From contig CAZRDR010000021.1 of the NCBI GenBank assembly GCA_964598995.1, positions 537 through 64,536 of the forward strand: DNA of 64,000 nt, read 5' to 3'. Made by a program: the position numbers and the translations under genes. Position 1 is the first letter of the stretch. Every line of letters starts with the position of its first letter. Source of the stretch: an uncultured Gammaproteobacteria bacterium (GTDB lineage: Bacteria > Patescibacteriota > Microgenomatia > Levybacterales > UBA12049). Under the pieces are notes generated by a model that was given only the letters and a program-made list of their open reading frames with translations, was not told the origin of the DNA and did not search any database. Positions 20,615-28,677 of this stretch are shown here, one piece after another.

Positions 20615-20951
20615 ATTTCTCTCATCTGATCGAACAATCTGGCTCTGTATTATTTGCTCTCTGATATTCATCTTACTTAGTCTTTTTTTTACGGGACTTT
20701 TTTATCATAACCTCCCTCCGCTCATTCCAATTTTCAATCAACTGCCATGGGGAACAGATCGCTTGATGAGTAAACTTGGACTCCTTATTCCTATCGCAGT
20801 TTGTCTTGGGATTCTTGTTATCAACGCATTTACGACTCGATATATCTATGAAAAAATGCCAATCACAGCAAGGATGCTCAACATCACGACATTCCTTATC
20901 ACTCTTCTTACCTTAATTTTTGTCTTTCGAACGATTCAATTGATTTTATAA
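20586..20951 (+). CDS. Small 3-4 TM membrane protein (GtrA/ArnE-like flippase candidate), hypothetical
   Basis: 121 aa, hydrophobic, overlapping the 3' end of the GT-C gene. Its size and topology resemble the small flippase subunits that accompany GT2/GT-C pairs. Confidence 0.3.
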   Translation: MLISMNGTIKFLSSDRTIWLCIICSLIFILLSLFFTGLFYHNLPPLIPIFNQLPWGTDRLMSKLGLLIPIAVCLGILVINAFTTRYIYEKMPITARMLNITTFLITLLTLIFVFRTIQLIL

Positions 20952-20952
20952 T

Positions 20953-22023
20953 ATGATTTTTTCTATCATGCTACCGCCGTTATTATTAGCTTTTGTGGTG
21001 ACTGTTGTTGCTACGTATCTTTTATTACCACTCATCACAAAATTAGGTCTCGTTGATGATCCTAAAAAGCATATTCATCCAGCAATTCTTCATTCTAAAG
21101 TTATCCCTCGCGGTGGGGGTATCCCTCTTTTTATAGGCATTCTGCTGGCAAGTCTCATTTTTATTCCTATTAATTCTGTAACAATTGCCATTTTTTTCGC
21201 GGCACTATTAGCGCTTGTGATTGGCATCATCGACGATAAATTTAACGCGATCTCAAAAGACGTCTCACCTTATCTCCGCTTTCTCGTTAATATTCTGTGC
21301 GCTGTTATCGTCGTCGGTTCAGGAGTGACAATCCCTTTTATTACTAATCCTTTAGGAGGGATCATTAATCTAGGACATAATGTTTTACCATTCCTTCCGA
21401 TTACTTTTGGCGATATTATCACTGGTATGTGGATTATCTGGGTGATGACGATGCTTAACTGGAGTAAAGGAGTGGATGGCCAGATGCCGGGAATAGTTGC
21501 TATCTCTGCACTCGTTATTGGTGTACTTAGTTTACGTTTTCCATTTCTAGATAGCACCAGTCTTATCGACGCTAAACTCTCCTTTATCATTACGGGAGCT
21601 GCACTTGGCTTTTTACTCTTCAATTTTTATCCAGCCAAAATATTTCCTGGCTATGGGGCAACGAGTATGTATCTTCTTCTAGCGGTCGTGTCTATCCTCT
21701 CAAGTGCTAAATTAGCCACAGCAATTCTGGTGATGGGTGTACCAACAGTCGATGCTGTTTTTACTATCCTAAGACGACTCCTTGAGGGAAGATCACCCTT
21801 CTGGGGAGATAAAAAACACCTTCATCACCTTCTCCTTAGGCTTGGCTATAGCCAACGGCAAATCGCGTTGTTTTATTGGGCAATCTCTGCTATAGTGGGC
21901 ACAATTGCTCTTACCGTACACAGCGAAAGTAAACCTTTTGCTCTCCTTCTTTTATTTGCTCTAGCTGGAGGCGGACTACTTTTTTTACATTTATTAATGC
22001 GCAATGAAAAAGACAGTTCGTAA
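20953..22023 (+). CDS. MraY/WecA-family (GT4) polyprenyl-phosphate N-acetylhexosamine-1-phosphate transferase
   Basis: 10-11 TM helices. The IIDDKFN Asp-Asp motif sits in the first cytoplasmic loop, with a later NWSKGVDGQ segment in the position of the MraY/WecA DG(L)DGLA motif. It is 356 aa. Confidence 0.6.
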   Translation: MIFSIMLPPLLLAFVVTVVATYLLLPLITKLGLVDDPKKHIHPAILHSKVIPRGGGIPLFIGILLASLIFIPINSVTIAIFFAALLALVIGIIDDKFNAISKDVSPYLRFLVNILCAVIVVGSGVTIPFITNPLGGIINLGHNVLPFLPITFGDIITGMWIIWVMTMLNWSKGVDGQMPGIVAISALVIGVLSLRFPFLDSTSLIDAKLSFIITGAALGFLLFNFYPAKIFPGYGATSMYLLLAVVSILSSAKLATAILVMGVPTVDAVFTILRRLLEGRSPFWGDKKHLHHLLLRLGYSQRQIALFYWAISAIVGTIALTVHSESKPFALLLLFALAGGGLLFLHLLMRNEKDSS

Positions 22024-22951
22024 TTATCTACGTCTACTCAGACCTCGCCAGTGGTCTAAAAATTTCGCGATCTTTGCTGCGATCACTTTCGGCGGGCAGC
22101 TCTTAGTTTGGAACAGCCTAGTTACAGTTGTATTTGGCTTTCTTATCTTTTGTTCACTTTCAAGTGCTATCTACGTTATCAATGATATTTTTGATATTAA
22201 TAAAGACCGGCTGCATCCTTTTAAAAAATTCCGCCCAATTCCCAATGGTGATATCCCAATCCCGACTGCAATCGTGATCGCAATCATCCTTGCATCAGTT
22301 GCTATCATCGGGAGTTCATTTATCTCCCCAGCTTTTTTCCTTTTGACGCTTTCCTATATGCTTCTCCAGATTCTTTATTCAGTTGTAATGAAAAATATCG
22401 CAGTCATTGATATTCTCGCACTTGCGGCAGGATATATCTTGCGAGTATACGCAGGCGAATTTTTAAGCGGTTATCATATCTCTGTCTGGCTTTTACTGAC
22501 TACTATTTCGCTTTCTCTCTTCTTAGCTATTGGAAAAAGACGTCGAGAATTAACATTAGTATCAGAAGATAGTACTAAAAATATTGCACTTATCAGGAAA
22601 ACACTCTCCCACTATTCAGAGAGACTTCTTGATGTTTATACCTCCATCTTTGCAACCTCAACGTTCATCTCTTATTCTCTTTTCACTTTTTTGGAGAACT
22701 CACATCGATATACTATTACTAATGATCTCCTCTTCCCAGATTTCTTACCAACATCACTCAATCAGAGAAAATGGTTAATGCTTACGATTATCCCAGTCGT
22801 CTATGGGCTGATGCGCTATATGCAGGATATTTATGAGAAACACGAAGGCGAAAGTCCAGAGAAAGTACTTTTTTCGGATAAACCACTGCTGGCTACCATC
22901 ATGATCTGGGCGATCATGGTTTTCGTTATTATCTACATCGTCCAGGGGTGA
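22004..22951 (+). CDS. UbiA-superfamily prenyltransferase, decaprenyl-phosphate phosphoribosyltransferase (DPPR synthase)-like subfamily
   Basis: YVINDIFDINKDRLHPFKKFRPIPNG contains the NDxxDxxxD first Asp-rich motif followed by HPxK(R/K)FRPI. From memory this is characteristic of the Rv3806c-type 5-phosphoribosyl transferase subfamily. It has 8-9 TM helices and is 315 aa. Confidence 0.6.
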   Translation: MKKTVRNYLRLLRPRQWSKNFAIFAAITFGGQLLVWNSLVTVVFGFLIFCSLSSAIYVINDIFDINKDRLHPFKKFRPIPNGDIPIPTAIVIAIILASVAIIGSSFISPAFFLLTLSYMLLQILYSVVMKNIAVIDILALAAGYILRVYAGEFLSGYHISVWLLLTTISLSLFLAIGKRRRELTLVSEDSTKNIALIRKTLSHYSERLLDVYTSIFATSTFISYSLFTFLENSHRYTITNDLLFPDFLPTSLNQRKWLMLTIIPVVYGLMRYMQDIYEKHEGESPEKVLFSDKPLLATIMIWAIMVFVIIYIVQG

Positions 22952-23803
22952 TTATTGTTTTTGGGCGTACTGACTGCTTATCCACCCGACTGTCCCATCA
23001 GTGAGTTTTATCTGATACCATCCATCAGCTTCCGTAACAAGGTCAAATGACTGACCTGGCAGGACTTGGCCAACCGCTGCAGCTGCAACACTTGCACTAG
23101 CCCTTACTCGTAAGAAACCTGTTGGTGTCTGGAGAATCGTTACCTTACTCTTAACTGGAGTCGGCGTTGCTGAAGGAGAAGCTGATTTAGTCGGCGTAGG
23201 CGTCGTCTGAGCTCCACTCTCATCATCAACACCTAAATAAACTGAGGCAATAAGCTTATAACCACTTGGTGTACGTATTCTCACTTTTTTATCAGCATAG
23301 CCTGCTTTTTTCAGCGTTAGCTCATGATCCGAATCAGTAATATTCTTAATTAGAAGCGGTGAGTAACCAGAGGAATTATTATCGAGTAACACCTCGACAG
23401 TATCAGGAATAGACGTAATCAAAAGTTGTCTATCATTACCATTTTTTAATGGCTCAAGCGTAATAATACTGCCTTCACTCGCTGCTCCGGCACCGAATTT
23501 TCGATCAACGACTGTGAGAATTGACTTAGAGATACTGATCTTTTCCTGGAACTCACTATAGTTGCCGCTATTAGGGACAACGCGAATTGTATAATCACCT
23601 GTTCCGATCATGTCATTAGTGTTACATTTACACAGAGGTGTTTGGCCGAGATATTTCCCATTCAAATAGACTTTACTCTGCGGCGCAGCAGTTACTTGCA
23701 ACGCACCTTTATCATTTCCCCGAAGGAGAATTGACTGCACCAGGAGAAAAACAATAGCTGCAAAGATGAAAGATGGAATGAGGATTAAAAGAGCTTTCTT
23801 CAT
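22952..23803 (-). CDS. Membrane-anchored PEGA-domain protein with T/P/S-rich linker and C-terminal SH3b-like domain
   Basis: An N-terminal TM anchor is followed by two PEGA-like beta-sandwich repeats (SKVYLNGKYLGQTPL, VEVLLDNNSSGYSPLLIKNITDSDHELTLKKAGY), a TPTPTKSASPSATPTP linker, and a C-terminal GWYQIKLTDGTVGWISSQY segment typical of SH3b. Confidence 0.5.
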   Translation of the reverse strand: MKKALLILIPSFIFAAIVFLLVQSILLRGNDKGALQVTAAPQSKVYLNGKYLGQTPLCKCNTNDMIGTGDYTIRVVPNSGNYSEFQEKISISKSILTVVDRKFGAGAASEGSIITLEPLKNGNDRQLLITSIPDTVEVLLDNNSSGYSPLLIKNITDSDHELTLKKAGYADKKVRIRTPSGYKLIASVYLGVDDESGAQTTPTPTKSASPSATPTPVKSKVTILQTPTGFLRVRASASVAAAAVGQVLPGQSFDLVTEADGWYQIKLTDGTVGWISSQYAQKQ

Positions 23804-23851
23804 GCAAGTGAGATGTTACTATACCACAGAATGAAAGGCCCGACAAACTAA

Positions 23852-26038
23852 TTATGAGGCTGGTTGTACACCCAGGATCTCGACAGTTCCACCGCAGTAT
23901 TTGGTGATAATCTCACAGGTCTCACGTAACACTTTTTCAACCTGAGCAGGTGTAATATCAAAAACTCCATCGACGTTAATCAGCACATTTTTAGTTGTGA
24001 GACTAACAGCTGTCCGCAGACTATCACGATAATTAAGGTCAAGATTATACGGACCTTTTTGATCAAAATAAGCAAGCTCACCATCTTTACAGGTTGTTTT
24101 TTCGTCATCACCTAATAGAAGGATCGAATCAGTTGAGGTTGCGAGACAGAGCTCAGTCGGCAAAGCTATCTCATCCAAATCAAACGCTCCAACCGAGACA
24201 TGATGCTTCATAACAACCAGGTTATATGCATCAACAAGAGTATTAACAGTGTACAAACCTTTTTTTAAGGCAACTCGTCTTAAAAGAGCCTCAGGACTTG
24301 GTCTGCGCGAATGCCAATCAATTCCCATATCCTTATAGAGTTTTCTATAACTCACAATTTCAGGGAATGATCCGATCTGTTCTGTAGTAAGAGTCTCAAA
24401 CGAACTGAGTAATTCCTTTTTTGCTACTTCTAATTCCTTATCTTCTGTCTTAATAGTCACATTTTTAATAATCGCAACTCCAGTTGAGAGGGAAGGAAAT
24501 TTTTCAGCAGCAGCTGAATTAATAGAAAAAATCTCAGGCTTATTAAGTACTGTCAGTTCTTTTTCTTCGTTACGTGCTCCTGTTTGAGGTTTGTTCTCGA
24601 CTTTTAGCGTTGGGAAAAGAACAACTTCTTTAACTGCCCAGGTATTCGTCAAAAACATTGTTAAGCGGTCGATCCCGATACCAATGCCACCTGTTGGTGG
24701 CATACCGTATTCCATCGCCAGTAAGAAATCTTGATCAATCTGCTGGGCTTCCTCGCGGTCTTTGCGAGTTGCGTTGGTATCTTTGGTAAAGCGTTCGCGC
24801 TGGACTTGTGGATCAGTCAGCTCTGACCAGCCGTCAAAAATTTCTTTTCCGCCGACATATCCCTCAAATCGCTCAACCCAGCCTGGTTTGGAACGGTGAG
24901 GTTTGGAAAGTGGACTGATATCTTCTGGATAATCGATGATCCAGGTTGGTTCTTTGAGGGTTTTCGGGATAATATGATCAAAAATCATAAATATCAGCTG
25001 ACCTTTAGTCTCTCCACCTAAGATTTCCATCTGAGGACAGTGCTCTTTCGCAAATGCCAAAAGTGATTCAACTGTCGCTGTCTCAACATCAAGCCCCAGT
25101 CGTTCCTTCAGGATCGTTGCCATCTCAATTCGAGGCCATTTATTACCGATATCTATTGTCTGGTCATCTACTTGTAATTTGGTATCACCGTAAATTTTAG
25201 TTGCCAAATGCTTGAGTAGTCCCTCAGCAACATCCATGACCCGGTTATAGTCAGCATATGCTTCATACCACTCAATCATCGTAAATTCAGGGAAATGTGT
25301 CTGGTCAATACCTTCGTTACGAAAATCTTTACAGATTTCATAAACTCGTTCATAACCGCCGACTATCAGGCGTTTGAGATAAAGCTCATCTGCGATACGT
25401 AAGAATACATCTTGATCAAGAGCATTAAGGTGGGTTTTAAAGGGTTTGGCATTCGCACCGCCATAAAGCGGCTGAAGAGTTGGAGTCTCGACTTCCCAGA
25501 ATCCAAGTCCATCGAGGTACTCTCTAACTCCTCGGACGACTTTAGTACGCACATTAAAGCGTTCACGAACATCAGGGTTAAGTAGAAGATCCAAATAACG
25601 CTGTCGATAGCGAGTCTCAACGTCTTTGACGCCAAACCATGTACTCGGCAGAGTCCGCATCGCTTTAGTAAGAAGGGTATATTCAGTAGGTGCGACTGAG
25701 GTCTCACCAGCAATTGTCTTGACGACTTCACCTTTCACACCAATGATGTCACCAAGATCTAAGAGCTTAAGATTTTTAAAAGCCTCTGCCCCAAGGAGAT
25801 CTTTTTTGAAGAAAAGCTGGATTTTACCTGTCTCATCCTGTAAATCGGCGAAAGCGATATTCCCATGCTCTCGGAAAGACATGAGCTTGCCGGCTGTACT
25901 GACAGTCTCACCCATACTAGACAACGCGTCCTTGACCATGTGAGTCTTTGGATACGACGCAGCATAAGGATTCCAGCCTAGGGCTTTAATTTTCTCTAGT
26001 TTTTCTTTACGAACTTTTATTAATTCTGAATCATCCAT
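23852..26038 (-). CDS. lysS: Class II lysyl-tRNA synthetase with ~230-aa C-terminal B3/4-like (PheT editing-domain-like) extension
   Basis: An N-terminal OB anticodon-binding domain is followed by a class II core (motif 2 FRNEGIDQTHFPEFTMIEWY, motif 3 GIGIGIDRLTMFLT). After about residue 490 there is an extra domain containing LVDAYNLVVMKHHVSVGAFDLDEIA...LGDDEKTTCKDGELAYFD, which matches B3/4-domain hallmarks (AxN..s...g.p.hafDld). Confidence 0.85.
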   Translation of the reverse strand: MDDSELIKVRKEKLEKIKALGWNPYAASYPKTHMVKDALSSMGETVSTAGKLMSFREHGNIAFADLQDETGKIQLFFKKDLLGAEAFKNLKLLDLGDIIGVKGEVVKTIAGETSVAPTEYTLLTKAMRTLPSTWFGVKDVETRYRQRYLDLLLNPDVRERFNVRTKVVRGVREYLDGLGFWEVETPTLQPLYGGANAKPFKTHLNALDQDVFLRIADELYLKRLIVGGYERVYEICKDFRNEGIDQTHFPEFTMIEWYEAYADYNRVMDVAEGLLKHLATKIYGDTKLQVDDQTIDIGNKWPRIEMATILKERLGLDVETATVESLLAFAKEHCPQMEILGGETKGQLIFMIFDHIIPKTLKEPTWIIDYPEDISPLSKPHRSKPGWVERFEGYVGGKEIFDGWSELTDPQVQRERFTKDTNATRKDREEAQQIDQDFLLAMEYGMPPTGGIGIGIDRLTMFLTNTWAVKEVVLFPTLKVENKPQTGARNEEKELTVLNKPEIFSINSAAAEKFPSLSTGVAIIKNVTIKTEDKELEVAKKELLSSFETLTTEQIGSFPEIVSYRKLYKDMGIDWHSRRPSPEALLRRVALKKGLYTVNTLVDAYNLVVMKHHVSVGAFDLDEIALPTELCLATSTDSILLLGDDEKTTCKDGELAYFDQKGPYNLDLNYRDSLRTAVSLTTKNVLINVDGVFDITPAQVEKVLRETCEIITKYCGGTVEILGVQPAS

Positions 26039-26086
26039 ATCTTATTCTCCTTGCATTATAAATGTTTTACCGTCGCTTTAGAAGGT

Positions 26087-26902
26087 CTACCTTTTATTGA
26101 TAAAGCTCGACCCTTGTCTCCCTCCTTGAATCCGAGCTTGAGCTCGCTGTAACGTCTCACCTGACATTTGTGAGAAATCCAGCTCATCAAACTGTCTAAC
26201 TACCTGCCACCGAGAGTTAGGTAATGAAAAATTACGACCACCTTCTACTAGTTGTTGTGATAACAGCTCTTTATCTTCGTGTCGTTGGGGTCGATACCAG
26301 ACATAAGGTACGATAACTACATCACTATTCCCGCCTGTAGCGATCGCTGGCCTGGAAGTCACCCCCCCTGTGAACCCAAAATGAGCACCAGCCCGAGAAG
26401 ACTTTAAGAGAAAACAACTGGAATCCGAACCTACCATATCTGCATTAACCGCACCAGCCAGATAACCCTCCGACTTCTCACAGAATATCTGGTCAGAAAA
26501 TGTATCAATCGCATAGGGAACCCTCGGTAAGTTAGCTACCCTATCTGAAAGAGCAGGCGACATATTCTCTATTGGGAGTTGGGAATGAAGAACGGCCAGA
26601 ACAAATGGGAAATTCCCTCGTTCTCCTCTCTCAACTCTTTGCCATAATTCACCAAGTAACTCCATCGTTTCCTCACGCTGTGCCAACTCTGAGATAACGC
26701 CACTTGGAGTATGACTACTCCCTGCCAACGTTAATTCTGCTTGAAGTGCTGTCGCGAGAGCTTTTGTTCCATTTCCGATCGCTATATAAGGATTCGCCAG
26801 CAGCCTCCTTGCCTCATCTAACAAATGCTGATCTATCCGTTGTTCTTGCCGATCTCGCATTACCGTTGACTCATCTTGATATGTATTAAATTCAGTACTC
26901 AT
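26087..26902 (-). CDS. Hypothetical protein (271 aa), no recognisable domain; R/Q/G/A-rich composition unlike neighbours
   Basis: A long ORF with no motif I can assign. It starts 9 nt after the hairpin and T-tract of the upstream terminator. Confidence 0.45.
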   Translation of the reverse strand: MSTEFNTYQDESTVMRDRQEQRIDQHLLDEARRLLANPYIAIGNGTKALATALQAELTLAGSSHTPSGVISELAQREETMELLGELWQRVERGERGNFPFVLAVLHSQLPIENMSPALSDRVANLPRVPYAIDTFSDQIFCEKSEGYLAGAVNADMVGSDSSCFLLKSSRAGAHFGFTGGVTSRPAIATGGNSDVVIVPYVWYRPQRHEDKELLSQQLVEGGRNFSLPNSRWQVVRQFDELDFSQMSGETLQRAQARIQGGRQGSSFINKR

Positions 26903-26910
26903 ATTCCACT

Positions 26911-26932
26911 AAAAAACCCCTCCTTGGAGGGG
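26911..26932 (-). terminator. Rho-independent terminator after murB (minus strand CCCCTCCAAGGAGGGGTTTTTT)
   Basis: A perfect 6-7 bp GC-rich stem followed by T6 on the minus strand, downstream of the murB stop (27057). Confidence 0.6.
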
Positions 26933-27056
26933 TCTATTCATAAACACGAAAAGAACCCCTCTTACGAGCGGTTCTTCTTAGCATTAGTTAAAACGTTACG
27001 TGTTTGCATAGGTTGTAAGTGCGTATTATTACTGAACAGTTATCTACTGTCAAGAA

Positions 27057-28022
27057 CTAATCATTGATAATGACAACTTCAGGTTCTGGACGAAAACCGA
27101 ACGTCTCGGCAAATTTATCCTGAATTTCTTTGATGAGTGTCTTTACATCTTCTCCTTTAGCGTGATCGATATTAACAATGTAATTGGTGTGTTTTGAAGA
27201 GACCATCGCCCCCCCGACTTGTTTTTGGGAGAACCCCAAGCGATTAATAAGATATCCCATCGAGACCTTGCCGTACCATTTTTGCTCTGATAATTCTCGG
27301 ACCTCTGGCCAAACCTTAAATATTTTTTCCTCTTCTTCTTTATGCGTTATATTCTTAAATACAGAACCACAGGATGGATATTCCATCGGGTGATGCGTCT
27401 GACGATAGTCGATATTTTTTCTGTAGACCTCTTCTGCTTCTTGGACCTCTGCGACGCTCCCTTCTTTTAATTGAAATGTCGCTGAGACGATGAGAAGATT
27501 TGGGTGATGCTTAAAAAAACTGTCACGATAGCCGAAATGTGCTTCAGTATGAGAATAAGTCTTAATCTTGAGTTCAGGATCGGTGATATCGATGACTTCT
27601 GCCTCAAAGAACGTATCTTTCGTCTCTGCGCCAAAGGCACCTGCATTCCCGCGTACTGCCCCTCCGACACTGCTTGGTAGTCCACCAGCCCACTCAAGGC
27701 CTACTAATGACTCACTGATACTTTCTTTAATGAGTGAATCCATCGTCTCCCCTGCGAAAGCTTTTATTTTCGTTCCTTTCCTCTCAAAAGATGTTCCATC
27801 ACCACTTAAAAAAATTACTGCCCCTAAAAAAGGGCTATCTGGGAGAATGACATTTGAGCCAAGTCCGAGGATCAATATATCGTTGATGTCTTTCTGTCTG
27901 CAAAAGTCCAAGGCTTCTTTAACTTCCGCAACATTACTGACTTCAAGGACGAAGCGCGCCTTGCCGCCAATTTTATAATAAACTAACTCAGACAAAGGAA
28001 AATCTTCACGGATAAGCATCAT
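27057..28022 (-). CDS. murB: UDP-N-acetylenolpyruvoylglucosamine reductase MurB
   Basis: It has an FAD-binding PCMH domain (ILGLGSNVILPDSPFLGAVIFL) and a C-terminal MurB domain. It is 321 aa. Confidence 0.85.
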   Translation of the reverse strand: MMLIREDFPLSELVYYKIGGKARFVLEVSNVAEVKEALDFCRQKDINDILILGLGSNVILPDSPFLGAVIFLSGDGTSFERKGTKIKAFAGETMDSLIKESISESLVGLEWAGGLPSSVGGAVRGNAGAFGAETKDTFFEAEVIDITDPELKIKTYSHTEAHFGYRDSFFKHHPNLLIVSATFQLKEGSVAEVQEAEEVYRKNIDYRQTHHPMEYPSCGSVFKNITHKEEEEKIFKVWPEVRELSEQKWYGKVSMGYLINRLGFSQKQVGGAMVSSKHTNYIVNIDHAKGEDVKTLIKEIQDKFAETFGFRPEPEVVIIND

Positions 28023-28040
28023 GAGGAGAGTATACGGCTT

Positions 28041-28511
28041 TTAGTTAACCGAAACAATGGTATAGTGGATCTTACCAGCTGGTGCCTCGACTTCGATACT
28101 TTCACCAATTTGTTTACCGATAAGAGCTTTACCTAATGGAGATTCATGTGAAATTTTCTTTTCGGCAGGATCTGCTTCCCATTCGCCAACGACTCGATAA
28201 ACTTCCTGTTTGTCATTGATCTTAAGGGTAACTTCTGAGCCAAGAGCAACAGCACTGCCATTTTTGGAACCGCCTTCTTCAATGAGTGAAACCTGCTTGA
28301 GTAACTCTTCAAGTTCATCGATACGTCCATCAATAAATGAAAGCTCTTCACGTGCAGCAACGTACTCAGCGTTCTCTGAGAGGTCACCTTGATTGCGAGC
28401 ATCAGATACGCGAGTGACAACTTCAGGACGTTTTACCTTAGTTAATTCTTCGTATTCCTTTTTAAGATCTGCTAACCCGTCTTTTGTAAGATATATTTTC
28501 TTTGTATCCAT
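28041..28511 (-). CDS. greA: Transcription elongation factor GreA
   Basis: It has an N-terminal coiled-coil (LTKDGLADLKKEYEELTKVKRPEVV) and a C-terminal FKBP-like domain. It is 156 aa. Confidence 0.9.
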   Translation of the reverse strand: MDTKKIYLTKDGLADLKKEYEELTKVKRPEVVTRVSDARNQGDLSENAEYVAAREELSFIDGRIDELEELLKQVSLIEEGGSKNGSAVALGSEVTLKINDKQEVYRVVGEWEADPAEKKISHESPLGKALIGKQIGESIEVEAPAGKIHYTIVSVN

Positions 28512-28517
28512 ATTTAT

Positions 28518-28550
28518 CTAAAAAATCCCTCCTTTTCTGTAAGAGAGGGG
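28518..28550 (-). terminator. Hairpin + T6 in the greA 5' leader (minus strand CCCTC-N13-GAGGGATTTTTTAG), candidate leader attenuator/terminator
   Basis: A GC stem with a T6 run sits between the predicted greA promoter and the greA ATG (28511). Confidence 0.4.
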
Positions 28551-28579
28551 AAGTATTTGGTATATGTAAACCAGAGAAA

Positions 28580-28609
28580 GTATAGATAAAAATTAGTCAA
28601 TTTGTCAAT
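28580..28609 (-). promoter_or_regulatory. Sigma70-like promoter for greA (minus strand TTGACA-N18-TATACT)
   Basis: A perfect -35 hexamer and a near-consensus -10, about 70-100 nt upstream of the greA start. Confidence 0.45.
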
Positions 28610-28677
28610 GATATTTAACCACGACCTGTAGTTGAGTTATCCAAGTATATTGGTAAATAATTAGAAGGTGTATAGTA

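Noticed and set aside
26087-26902. Horizontally transferred island signal by GC content
   Set aside because: Rough hand counts give GC of about 46-50% versus about 45-47% for neighbours. The difference is within the noise of manual counting, so I retained only an amino-acid composition note.
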